Assembly: GCA_035352955.1 (NCBI GenBank)
Contig: DAOPYQ010000003.1
Span: 76,901 to 140,900, forward strand
Direction: 5' to 3'
Source: Candidatus Omnitrophota bacterium
GTDB taxonomy: Bacteria; Omnitrophota; Omnitrophia; Omnitrophales; Aquincolibacteriaceae
Length of the DNA stretch: 64,000 bases
The notes under the pieces were generated by a model that searched no databases, was not told the origin of the DNA, and saw only the letters and a list, made by a program, of their open reading frames with translations. Positions 1 to 9,700 of this stretch are shown piece by piece. Numbering within the stretch: the first letter of the stretch is position 1; every line of letters begins with the position of its first letter. The translations under genes were made by a program, and so were the position numbers.

Positions 1-706
1 GTTTCCGGTTCTTGATACACCAGAAGTCGAACAGATCACCCTGTTTGGCCACCCAGTTCCCCACCGGCCGCATCCGGCGCCGTGCCACGACCGGAAGTTT
101 TTTCTCCTCACCGTGGGCGAGCGTCATCTTGGCATAGTCCCCGCGCGGGATAAAATCCATCGCACGGTCCACGGCCTTCTGGGCCAGTTCCGCCCACGAG
201 AGGCTCAACGTCAACTCCTCCGCGAGTTTGCGGAGATTGTAGTAGGTTGAATATTTCTCGAAAAACGTGCTGATGCCTTCGCCTTTGGCCTTAAAGATCA
301 CTTCGAGGTCGTTCGTCTCGTCCTGATATTTTTCCTGCTCGACGCCAAGCATGGCGATCTGACCTTCGAAAAATCCCTCGACCCGGTGAAGCACGATCAT
401 GAGCGCGACATAGAAAAGGAAGATCCAGAAAAAAACGGGCAACTTCGTGATCGAGACGATGAAAAGGACGAGCGGGATCAGGTAGGCGAACATGAGGACG
501 TTCAAGCCGGCCCATTTAAAACGCCACCAGACCGAAAAGACCACGAGCGAAAAAGCGACCAGGAGGATGGCAATGCGAAGAAGGTAGATCTCGGGAGAAA
601 CGGTGCCCTTCAGCTGGGACAGCGAAAGAACGATCAGGTAGGTCAGAAGAAAAGCGACCCCGAGGCCGATCGCAAAGACAACTCGCCGCAGGGTCAGTAA
701 ACCCAT
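1..706 (-). CDS. membrane-anchored sensory protein, N-terminal part (gene runs off the window start)
   Basis: My own reverse-complement translation from the ATG at 704-706 is stop-free down to position 2 (235 codons). It is absent from the ORF track because it has no stop in the window. It starts MGLLTLRRVVFAIGLGVAFLL, has several hydrophobic helices, then a soluble part ending GDLFDFWCIKNRK that looks like a GAF-type sensor. The function is inference. Confidence 0.6.
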   Translation of the reverse strand, partial: MGLLTLRRVVFAIGLGVAFLLTYLIVLSLSQLKGTVSPEIYLLRIAILLVAFSLVVFSVWWRFKWAGLNVLMFAYLIPLVLFIVSITKLPVFFWIFLFYVALMIVLHRVEGFFEGQIAMLGVEQEKYQDETNDLEVIFKAKGEGISTFFEKYSTYYNLRKLAEELTLSLSWAELAQKAVDRAMDFIPRGDYAKMTLAHGEEKKLPVVARRRMRPVGNWVAKQGDLFDFWCIKNRK

Positions 707-723
707 TATTACACCATGATCAT

Positions 724-1830
724 CTAAGAAACCGCGATCCCCGTCTGAGGATCAAAGAAATGCGCTTTACTCATATCGAACACCACCTGCAGATCCTGGT
801 TCATGGCCGCCGTATCCTGGTTGGAGACGCGCACGACGAAATTATTGCCGCCGCAGGTCAGGTACAAAAAGATCTCGGACCCCATCGGCTCGACGACATC
901 GACCGTCGCCATGATCGTAAATTCCGGACGCGCGTCCTGGGCGAAAATCTTATCGTAAATGTCCTCGGGACGGATGCCCATCGTGAGGGTCTGGCCTTTG
1001 AACGCCGCGATCCTGGAATAAAAATGCGGCAGGATCCGGAGTTTGATCCCGCGGTCCTGGAAGAAATAATCCCCTTCTTCGGCGACGATCGTCCCTTTAA
1101 GAAAATTCATCGGAGGCGACCCGATAAAACCGGCGACGAACTTGTTGTTTGGGCGTTCGTAAAGATTCACGGGATCGGCGACCTGCTGGACGTTCCCCTT
1201 CAACATGACAACGATCCGGTCCCCGAGCGTGAGCGCCTCGACCTGGTCGTGCGTAACGTAGATCATCGTGCAACGCAGGCGGTTGTGCAGCTTCTGCAAT
1301 TCCATGCGCATCTGGACCCGGAGCTTCGCGTCGAGATTGCTCAGCGGCTCGTCAAAGAGAAAGACCTTCGGTTTGCGGACGATCGCCCGGCCGACCGCGA
1401 CACGCTGGCGCTCCCCGCCGGAAAGTTCCTTGGGCCGGCGTTTCAGCATCTCGACCGTGAGGCCGAGGATCTCGGCGGCCTCGTGGACACGCCGCTCGAT
1501 CTCTTTTTTGGGATAATGCCGGAGTTTGAGACCGAACGCGAGGTTCTCGTAAACGGTCATATGCGGGTAAAGGGCGTAATTCTGGAACACCATCGCGATG
1601 TCGCGGTTCTTGGCCGGAACGTCGTTGACGAGCATTCCGTCGATATAGATCTCGCCTTCGGAGATCTCTTCAAGCCCCGCGATCATCCGGAGCGTCGTGG
1701 ACTTCCCGCAGCCCGAGGGGCCGACCAGCACGACAAACTCGCGGTCCTGGATCTCGAGGCTGACGTTATTGACGGCGCGGACGTCATCCTTGTAGATTTT
1801 CGAGACGTTCTTCAGCGTAACATGCGCCAA
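724..1830 (-). CDS. ABC transporter ATP-binding protein, sugar/glycerol-3-phosphate (MalK/UgpC/MsmX) type
   Basis: 368 aa. Walker A GPSGCGKST, signature LSGGERQRVAVGRA, Walker B VFLFDEPLSNLD, and a MalK-like C-terminal regulatory domain. No permease gene lies next to it. Confidence 0.9.
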   Translation of the reverse strand: MAHVTLKNVSKIYKDDVRAVNNVSLEIQDREFVVLVGPSGCGKSTTLRMIAGLEEISEGEIYIDGMLVNDVPAKNRDIAMVFQNYALYPHMTVYENLAFGLKLRHYPKKEIERRVHEAAEILGLTVEMLKRRPKELSGGERQRVAVGRAIVRKPKVFLFDEPLSNLDAKLRVQMRMELQKLHNRLRCTMIYVTHDQVEALTLGDRIVVMLKGNVQQVADPVNLYERPNNKFVAGFIGSPPMNFLKGTIVAEEGDYFFQDRGIKLRILPHFYSRIAAFKGQTLTMGIRPEDIYDKIFAQDARPEFTIMATVDVVEPMGSEIFLYLTCGGNNFVVRVSNQDTAAMNQDLQVVFDMSKAHFFDPQTGIAVS

Positions 1831-1851
1831 GGGGTTTCTCCGATTTGGGAT

Positions 1852-2688
1852 CTAGGCTAGATATTCGAGCAACAGTGCAAGTTTTTGTTTCAGGTCCGCG
1901 CGGTTAACGACCATATCGATCAGCCCGTGGTCCAGCAGGAACTCGGACGTCTGGAAATCCGCCGGGAGTTTCTGTCGGATGGTCTGCTCGATCACCCGCG
2001 GCCCGGCGAACCCGAGAAGCGCACGGGGCTCGGCCACGATCACGTCGCCGATCGACGCAAAACTCGCCATCACGCCGCCCATCGTCGGGTTGGTGAGGAC
2101 CGAAATAAAGGGAAGCCGTTCTTTCTGGTAACGCGTCAACGCCACACAGGTCTTGGCCATTTGCATGAGGCTCAGGGCGCCCTCGTACATCCGCGCGCCG
2201 CCGCCGGACCCGGAAACCACGATCAGCGGAAGTTTGTTCTCAAGGGCGTGTTCGATCAGGCGCGTGATCTTCTCCCCGACCACCGACCCCATCGACCCCA
2301 TGATGAACCGCGAATCCGTCACGCCCAGCGCGCAACTTTTACCGAGGATCTTCGCCTCGCCGGTCAGGCAGGCGTCCTTGAGGCCGGTCTTTTTCTGGTC
2401 CTGCTTGATCTTTTCGGGATAGGCCTTCACGGCGGAGAATTTCAGAGGATCTTCGGAGCAAAGGTTGGCGTCCATCTCCTTGAACGTGCCTTCATCGGCG
2501 AGCTGGTGGAGGCGGTCCCAGGCCCCCATGATGAAATGGTAGGAGCATTTGGTGCAAACAAGCAGGTTTTCTTTGAGGGTCTTGTTGAACATCACCGTTT
2601 GACAGCTCGGACACTTGGTCCAGAGACCGGCGGGGATACTTTTCTTCCTGAGTCCCTTCGTGACCATCAACGCGGGCGCCTGCGACAT
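1852..2688 (-). CDS. accD: acetyl-CoA carboxylase carboxyltransferase beta subunit
   Basis: Zn-ribbon CPSCQ...CTKC, then GSMGSVVGEK and VSGSGGARMYEG. The track ORF extends to the ATG at 2802. The ATG at 2688 (MSQAPALMVTKG, AGGAA 7 nt upstream) gives the normal AccD N-terminus. Confidence 0.9.
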   Translation of the reverse strand: MSQAPALMVTKGLRKKSIPAGLWTKCPSCQTVMFNKTLKENLLVCTKCSYHFIMGAWDRLHQLADEGTFKEMDANLCSEDPLKFSAVKAYPEKIKQDQKKTGLKDACLTGEAKILGKSCALGVTDSRFIMGSMGSVVGEKITRLIEHALENKLPLIVVSGSGGGARMYEGALSLMQMAKTCVALTRYQKERLPFISVLTNPTMGGVMASFASIGDVIVAEPRALLGFAGPRVIEQTIRQKLPADFQTSEFLLDHGLIDMVVNRADLKQKLALLLEYLA

Positions 2689-2883
2689 AGGATCATTCCT
2701 CGACTTGTTGTATTCCGGAGAGACCGCCTTATAAAAATGCCACGGAAGAGTTCTTGGCACCGGATCCCATTCCGTGGCGGACCATGACGAAAACTGCTCC
2801 ATTATAAAAAATCCTCCTGGTGTGTCAATCGGTTTCTTCCCCCTAAGTGCCGAAATCTCCTGGCTTTACAACATTTTTCCTGC

Positions 2884-4335
2884 ATGGTATGTTGGCGCAT
2901 GGATCCGCAAATCCGTCAAACCCAATCCCAAAAGATGGTCCTCTCCCCGCAAATGCGGGAGTATCTCCGCCTGCTGCATCTTCCTCTCGCGGACCTCCGC
3001 CAGGCCGTCGAAAGCGCCCTGGAGGAAAACCCGCTGCTGGAAGAAACTCCCGGCAAAGAGGAAGAAGAGGCCGTCGAACCCGCGCCCGTTTCTCCCGTGA
3101 TGGAAAGCGACGACGAGATCGATGAAACCGAAGCCGCCCTTCCGGAATGGGCCCGAAAAGAACCGCTTTCCTTCACGCAATCCCCGTCGGACCTGGCGCG
3201 ACGCGATCCTGGGGACGCGAAAAAGATCCGGAATTTCCAGGAAACTCTCATCACCCGACCCGAAAGCCTCTTCGATTATCTCGAGTGGCAGCTCCCCTTC
3301 CTGGCACTCGACAAGTCCGAACAGAAGATCGCCGAAGAGATCCTCGGGAACATCGACCCGGACGGTTACTTGACCGCCTCCTTGGCGGAGATCGCCGCCG
3401 CCACGCACGGCACGTCGGAGCAGGTCGAAGAAGTCCTCCGGAAGGTCCAGCAACTGGATCCGCCGGGCGTCGGGGCGCGCAACCTCCGGGAAGCGCTTTT
3501 GATCCAGCTCGAGAGGAAAGGAACCCCGGTCGCTTTGGCCACAGAGATCGTCCGGGACCATCTGGACCTGCTGGCGAAAAAGGACTGGAAAATGCTGGAG
3601 CGGATCTTCAACGCAAGCGGGCCGGACATCAAAAAAGCGGTGGAGGTCGTCTCCCGGCTCGAGCCAAAACCGGGGCGCAGTTTTTATACCGAGGAAGCGA
3701 TCGCCGTCACGCCGGACGCAACGGTCTCGATCAAGGACGGTACGAATGACGGCCTGGAAATCGACCTCCATAAGGAATTCATTCCCGAGATCCGGATCAA
3801 CCCGGAATACCGGCGAATGCTCCGCGAAAAAGACACCGATGCCCAGACCCGGGAGTTCCTGAAAATGCGGCTTGCGAGCGGCCAGGATTTTTTGAAGGCG
3901 TTGGAGCAACGGAAATCGACGCTCCGTGCGATCACAGAAGAACTCGTCCGGGCCCAGCCGCTCTTTTTCACGCGCGGGTTTTCCGAGCTTCGTCCCCTGC
4001 GCCTCAAGGATATCGCCGAACGGTTGGGGCTCCATGAATCCACCGTCAGCCGCGCGATCCACGGGAAATACCTCAAGACCCCGCAGGGCACGATCCCGTA
4101 CAAAAGTTTCTTTTCAAAAAAACTTGAAACCGCGGACGGAGAAGGCGAATCCCAGAAAAGCATCCTGGAGAGGATCCGTTCGCTGGTCGAAAAGGAAGAT
4201 CCGAAAAAACCGCTGAGCGATCAGGCGCTCCTCAAGGCGCTTGAAGAAAGCGGGATCCGGATCGCGCGCCGCACGGTCGCCAAGTACCGCGACCTCCTGA
4301 AGATCCTCCCCACCCATCTCCGCAGGCAACGGTAG
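2884..4335 (+). CDS. rpoN: RNA polymerase sigma-54 factor
   Basis: N-terminal Q/L-rich region (QKMVLSPQMREYLRLLHLP), an HTH, and the C-terminal RpoN box ARRTVAKYR. The second ATG at 2899 (MDPQIRQ) is an equally plausible start. Confidence 0.95.
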   Translation: MVCWRMDPQIRQTQSQKMVLSPQMREYLRLLHLPLADLRQAVESALEENPLLEETPGKEEEEAVEPAPVSPVMESDDEIDETEAALPEWARKEPLSFTQSPSDLARRDPGDAKKIRNFQETLITRPESLFDYLEWQLPFLALDKSEQKIAEEILGNIDPDGYLTASLAEIAAATHGTSEQVEEVLRKVQQLDPPGVGARNLREALLIQLERKGTPVALATEIVRDHLDLLAKKDWKMLERIFNASGPDIKKAVEVVSRLEPKPGRSFYTEEAIAVTPDATVSIKDGTNDGLEIDLHKEFIPEIRINPEYRRMLREKDTDAQTREFLKMRLASGQDFLKALEQRKSTLRAITEELVRAQPLFFTRGFSELRPLRLKDIAERLGLHESTVSRAIHGKYLKTPQGTIPYKSFFSKKLETADGEGESQKSILERIRSLVEKEDPKKPLSDQALLKALEESGIRIARRTVAKYRDLLKILPTHLRRQR

Positions 4336-4362
4336 CCCGCCCCAAAAACAGGACCTCTTTTC

Positions 4363-5115
4363 CTATTTCGGAAGGGTCCGGTAGGCGTCGCGGATCACGT
4401 TCGAAGCGATCGCCAAGGCTGCGTTATCGCCGCCCCGGCGGCCGCCGCTCACAAGTCCCAACAAATACCCTTTCCGGTCCAGGATCGGCGACCCGCTGTC
4501 GCCGCTATAAAGATGAAAACCGAAACGCACCTGCACGAAGGCCGGCCGGACCCCCTGGGGAGCGGGTTGTTTTAAAACAGCGCTGACCTCCCCGCCGAAA
4601 AGCGACCGGTTGTGGTCGAGGGCGTGCCCCATGCAATAGACTTTTGCTCCTGGCAAAAGACCGTCGGAATTCGCAAGCGGCACATAAGCGAGCGGAAACG
4701 GCGGCACGATGGAGAGAAAGGCGATATCGGTTTCCGGGATCACCTGAAGGATCCGCCCTTCGGCGCGGGTCCCATCAAAAAGTTTCACGGAGACCCCGGC
4801 CGCATCCCGGACGATATGGGCGTTGGTGACAAGGATCCCTCGCGGGTCGATAATGACACCGCTGCCGCTCCGCGCGTACTTGACGATCCTGCCGGGATTC
4901 CGGCTGAGGAAAAGCGCCGCCGTACCACTATAAGCGCCTGCTTTTTGTACGCCGGGTCCGGCCGCATTAACGCTTTCGATCGTCACCAAAGCCGCCGACG
5001 GTTGGGAGGACGCGGACCGCCCGGGAGCGCAGACCCCGGCCGACGCCCCCTCCAAGAGAAAAAAGACAAGGCACAGCAGCGCACAGACCTTCTTTGGCTT
5101 AGACAAAAGGATCAT
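4363..5115 (-). CDS. secreted trypsin-like (S1C/HtrA-fold) serine protease without a PDZ domain
   Basis: Signal peptide MILLSKPKKVCALLCLVFFLLEGASA. Catalytic motifs TNAHIV, a candidate catalytic Asp in ETDIAFL (assignment not verified by alignment), and GDSGSPI. Confidence 0.8.
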   Translation of the reverse strand: MILLSKPKKVCALLCLVFFLLEGASAGVCAPGRSASSQPSAALVTIESVNAAGPGVQKAGAYSGTAALFLSRNPGRIVKYARSGSGVIIDPRGILVTNAHIVRDAAGVSVKLFDGTRAEGRILQVIPETDIAFLSIVPPFPLAYVPLANSDGLLPGAKVYCMGHALDHNRSLFGGEVSAVLKQPAPQGVRPAFVQVRFGFHLYSGDSGSPILDRKGYLLGLVSGGRRGGDNAALAIASNVIRDAYRTLPK

Positions 5116-5185
5116 GCCTAATATTTCGACCGGGTATGCGCGAGACTTGAAACTGAAGCAGCCATGGAGAGAAGAAAACGCGATA

Positions 5186-5258
5186 AGCTGGTGGTCAGAA
5201 TCGAACTGACGACCTGCTGTTTACGAAACAGCTGCTCTACCAACTGAGCTACACCAGC
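5186..5258 (-). tRNA. tRNA-Thr (anticodon CGU)
   Basis: Hand-folded cloverleaf: GCTGGTG/CACCAGC acceptor, GCTC/GAGC D stem, anticodon loop TTCGTAA, T arm GTCAG-TTCGATT-CTGAC. CCA is not encoded. Confidence 0.9.
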
Positions 5259-5287
5259 ATGTCACGTTTTTGAAAAAGCAGGTGGGG

Positions 5288-5296
5288 ATTATACCA
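5288..5296 (-). promoter_or_regulatory. candidate extended -10 promoter (TGgTATAAT) for tRNA-Thr
   Basis: The minus strand reads ...tttggTATAATcc about 25-30 nt upstream of the tRNA 5' end. The -35 is weak. Confidence 0.35.
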
Positions 5297-5316
5297 AAAA
5301 GCCGCAGCAAATCGAG

Positions 5317-6744
5317 TTAAGATTTGAGAAAAACGTCGACCGCCTGCGCAGCCTGGCGACCCTGGCTGATCGCCCAGACCACGAGCGACGCGCCCCGGAC
5401 CGTGTCGCCCGCCGCGAACACACCCGGCGCCGAACTCAGGAAGTTACCGTTCGTCAGCACGTTCCCACGCGCATCGAACTGCACGCCGAGGTCCGTGAAA
5501 AGCTTCGAATGTTCCACGTGCACGAACCCCATCGCAAGGAGCACCAGATCGGCCTGGAGGACGAATTCGGCCCCGGGGATCTCTTTCATCGAATACTGCC
5601 CGGTCGTCTTGTCGAGCGACCATTCCACACGCGCACAATGCGCTTCATGGACGTTCCCGTCCCTGGCGGTGAATCGTTTCGTGGTGATCGCCCAGTCGCG
5701 CTCGCAACCTTCCTCGTGCGACGTGGAGTTCCGCAGGATCTGCGGCCAGTTCGGCCATACCGGATTCCACGGTTCTTTCCATTCCCGCGGCTTCGGGAGG
5801 ATCTCGTACTGATAAACTTTCTTGGCCCCCTGGCGGTTCGACGTTCCCACGCAGTCGGAACCCGTGTCCCCGCCCCCGATCACAAGCACCGTTTTCCCCT
5901 TCGCGGAGATCGCCGGCGCGGCAGAGGCCTCGCCCGAGACCCGACGATTCGAAAGCGTCAGGAATTCCATCGCAAAATGGACCCCCGGAAGTTCCCGGCC
6001 CGGGATCTTGAGGTCGCGCGGTTCCCCGGCACCCATCGTGAGCAGGATCGCGTCAAAATCCTTTTTGAGCTGGGCGGCCGTGACCGTCTCGCCAGCATTC
6101 ACGTTCATTTCAAATTTCACGCCTTCGGCTTTCATCTGTTCGATCCGGCGGTCGAGGACCCATTTTTCCAGTTTGAAATCCGGGATCCCGTAGCGGAGGA
6201 TGCCCCCCGCCTTCGCCGATTTTTCAAATAGCGTCACCTGGTGGCCCCTCCGGCGGAGCTGCTGCGCAGAAGTGAGTCCGGCCGGACCGGAGCCGATCAC
6301 GGCAACGCGCTTGGCGGTCTCGGTTTGCGGCGGCTGCGGTTTCACCCACCCTTCGGCGAACGCCCGTTCGACGATCGCGAGCTCGATCTGCTCGATCGTG
6401 ACCGGCGCCGAATTGATCGAAAGCGTGCACGCCGCTTCGCACGGTGCGGGACAAACGCGCCCCGTCACCTCGGGAAGATTGTTCGTCAGCGAAAGCCGCT
6501 CGTACGCATCGCGCCACTGCCCGCGGTAGACCGCGTCGTTCCACTCCGGGATAAGATTGTAGACCGGGCAGCCGATCGCATGGCAGTACGGAATACCGCA
6601 ATCCATGCACCGGGCCCCCTGTTTTTTCAGGTCCTCGGGAGACAATCGCTGCGGGATCTCTTTATAATCCTTCAGCCGCTCCGCGACCGGTCGCTTCGCC
6701 CCGAGCGCCCGCTGATATTCCAAAAATCCCTCTGGCTTACCCAT
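5317..6744 (-). CDS. gltD: glutamate synthase (NADPH) small subunit
   Basis: 475 aa. Fe-S cysteine clusters (CMDCGIPYC, CPAPCEAAC) and the dinucleotide fold VAVIGSGPAGL. The start overlaps the gltB stop at 6744. Confidence 0.93.
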   Translation of the reverse strand: MGKPEGFLEYQRALGAKRPVAERLKDYKEIPQRLSPEDLKKQGARCMDCGIPYCHAIGCPVYNLIPEWNDAVYRGQWRDAYERLSLTNNLPEVTGRVCPAPCEAACTLSINSAPVTIEQIELAIVERAFAEGWVKPQPPQTETAKRVAVIGSGPAGLTSAQQLRRRGHQVTLFEKSAKAGGILRYGIPDFKLEKWVLDRRIEQMKAEGVKFEMNVNAGETVTAAQLKKDFDAILLTMGAGEPRDLKIPGRELPGVHFAMEFLTLSNRRVSGEASAAPAISAKGKTVLVIGGGDTGSDCVGTSNRQGAKKVYQYEILPKPREWKEPWNPVWPNWPQILRNSTSHEEGCERDWAITTKRFTARDGNVHEAHCARVEWSLDKTTGQYSMKEIPGAEFVLQADLVLLAMGFVHVEHSKLFTDLGVQFDARGNVLTNGNFLSSAPGVFAAGDTVRGASLVVWAISQGRQAAQAVDVFLKS

Positions 6745-9700
6745 CAGATGAAAACCTCCTCGGTCATGTCCGCGGTCTCAGAACCCCGCGTCTGGCGCTC
6801 CCGGAGCTTCTCGAGCGCCTTTTTATAATCCATCGGCATCACCTTCACAAAGCGCGGCAACATCTCATCCCAACTCGCAAGGACCGCCTTCGCAAATTTA
6901 CTCCCGGTGAACTTCGCATGCCGCTCGATGGAGGTCCTGAGAAACGTCGTGTCCTCCGCCTCGACCACCGGCTCCAGATCCACCATTTCAAGATTGCAGC
7001 GCGTGTCAAAAAGCTGGTTCTCATCCAGCACGTACGCGATCCCGCCGCTCATCCCCGCGGCAAAATTCACGCCCGTCTCGCCCAGGATCACGACCCGCCC
7101 GCCCGTCATGTATTCACATCCGTGGTCGCCGACCCCCTCAACGACCGCGATCGCGCCGCTGTTCCGGACACAGAACCGCTCGCCCGCGCGGCCGTGGATA
7201 TAAACCTCTCCGCTCGTCGCGCCGAACAGGTTCACGTTCCCCGTGATCATGTTGTCCTGCGGCCTGAACGTCGACGACTGCGGCGGGTACACGATCATCC
7301 GGCCGCCCGAAAGCCCCTTCCCGAAATAATCGTTCGCGTCACCTTCCAACTCGAACGTGATCCCGTGCGCCAGGAACGCCCCGAAACTCTGTCCCGCCGA
7401 ACCCTCGAACTTGATGTGCAGCGTATCTTCCGGAAGCCCCGCAAGACCGTACCGTTTTGCAACCTCGTAACTAAGCGTCGCCCCGACCGTGCGGTTACAA
7501 TTACGGATCTTCTGTTGAAGCACGACCGGCTGCTTGACCTCAAGCGCGGCCTTCGCCTTCTTGACCAGGTCCGGATCAAGCGACAGTGAAAGATCATGTT
7601 GCTGCTTCGACACGCATCGGATCGATCCGCCCTCCGGCACTTCCGCCTTCGCAAGAACCTTCGAAAAATCCAGCCCCTTGGTCTTGTAATGCTCGATCGC
7701 GTGATTCACCTCCAGCCGCTCCACGTGACCGACCATGTCCTCAAATTTCCTGAACCCGAGTTCCGCCATCCATTCCCGGACCTCCTGGGCCACGAACCGC
7801 ATAAAATTCATCAACGACTCCGGTTTCCCGGCAAAACGCTTGCGGAGCTCCGGATTCTGCGTCGCCACGCCGACCGGGCAGGTGTTCAGATGACACTTGC
7901 GCATCATGATGCAACCGAGCGTCACGACCGTCGAAGTCCCGAAACCGAATTCTTCGGCGCCAAGCAACGCGGCGATCACCACGTCGCGGCCCGTCTTCAG
8001 CTGGCCGTCGGTCTGCACGCGGATCCTGTCACGAAGCTTGTTCATCACGAGCACCTGTTGGGCTTCGGCGAGACCGATCTCCCACGGAGAGCCGGCGTAT
8101 TTGATCGACGAGATCGGCGATGCACCCGTCCCGCCATCGTGCCCGCTGATCAGGACCATGTCCGCTTTTCCCTTCGCAACGCCGGCCGCGACCGTCCCGA
8201 CCCCGACCTCAGAGACGAGCTTCACGGAAACCCGCGCTTCGGGATTGGCGTTCTTCAGATCAAAAATAAGCTGGGCCAGGTCTTCGATGGAATAAATATC
8301 ATGGTGCGGCGGCGGCGAAATGAGCATCACCCCCGGCGTCGAATGGCGAACCTTCGCGATCATCGCGTCCACCTTGTGTCCCGGCAGCTGTCCGCCCTCG
8401 CCCGGCTTCGCCCCCTGCGCCATCTTGATCTGTAGCTCTTTAGAATTCGCCAGATAATGGATCGTCACGCCGAAACGCGCCGAAGCGACCTGCTTGATCA
8501 TGCTCTTTGCGGAATCGCCGTTCGGAAGCGGCAAGTAGCGAGACTCATCTTCCCCGCCCTCGCCGGAATTGCTCGCGGCGCCGAGACGGTTCATGGCGAT
8601 CGCGATCGTTTCGTGGGTTTCCTTACTGATCGACCCAAACGACATCGCCGACGACACGAACCGTTTCACGATGGACTCGACCGGCTCGACCTCGTCGATG
8701 GGCACGGACGCGCCGGGCTTGAATTTAAAAAGGCCGCGGAGCGTACAGAGATTCCGGCTGATATCATTGACCTCGGCCGAATATTTTTTGAACGTCGCGT
8801 AATCGTTCTCGCGCGTTGCCTTCTGGAGAAGCGTGACCGCCATCGGCGACCAGAGATGTTTCTCGGAAAACAGGCGGTAGTGGTACTTGCCGCCGGAGTT
8901 GAGCGAATCCGCCACCGTCTCCCGGACCTGGAAAGCGCTCCGGAACCGTTCGACCGTCTCGCGCTCCACCGCCTCGATCCCGATCCCGTTGATCCGGGAC
9001 GCCGTACCCGGGAAATAGGTCGCTATAAAGTCGTCGTTCAACCCGACCGCCTCGAAGATCTGCGCGCCCCGGTAACTCCGGATCGTCGAGATCCCCATCT
9101 TCGACATGACCTTCAGCAGGCCCTTCTTGACCGCGGTGATGTAATTTTCGATCGCCGTTTCGATCGTGATCTTCCCGGACAGGCACCCGCGCCGCTTCAG
9201 ATCCGCCAGCGTCTCGAAGACAAGGTAGGGATTGATCGCGTTCACGCCGTAGCCGACCAGACACGCAAAATGCTGGACTTCGCGGGCTTCACCGGTTTCA
9301 AGCACCAGCCCTCCGAGGTAACGTTTCCCCACCCGGATCAGATGCTGATGGACCGCCGTTGCCGCCAACAGGGCCGGGATCGGCGCCTGGTCCGCGGAAG
9401 CCCCGCGATCGCTCAGAATGACCAGCGAATGACCTTCATCGATCTTTTTCTCGACGTTCTCGCAGAGTCCCTTGACCGCCTTGGGAAGATCCCCCGCGGC
9501 CGCAGGATTAAAAAGCATGGGAACCGTGGCGACACGAAAACTGCTGAGGTTCGAGGTCTTCAAACGGTCGATATCGTCGTTCGTCAGAACCGGATGGGAA
9601 AGCTTCAGCTGGTGACAGTGCTCCGGCCTCTCCTCCAGAAGATTCCCCTGGCGCCCCACGAAGCTCATCAGCGACATGACCAGGTTCTCGCGGTACGGAT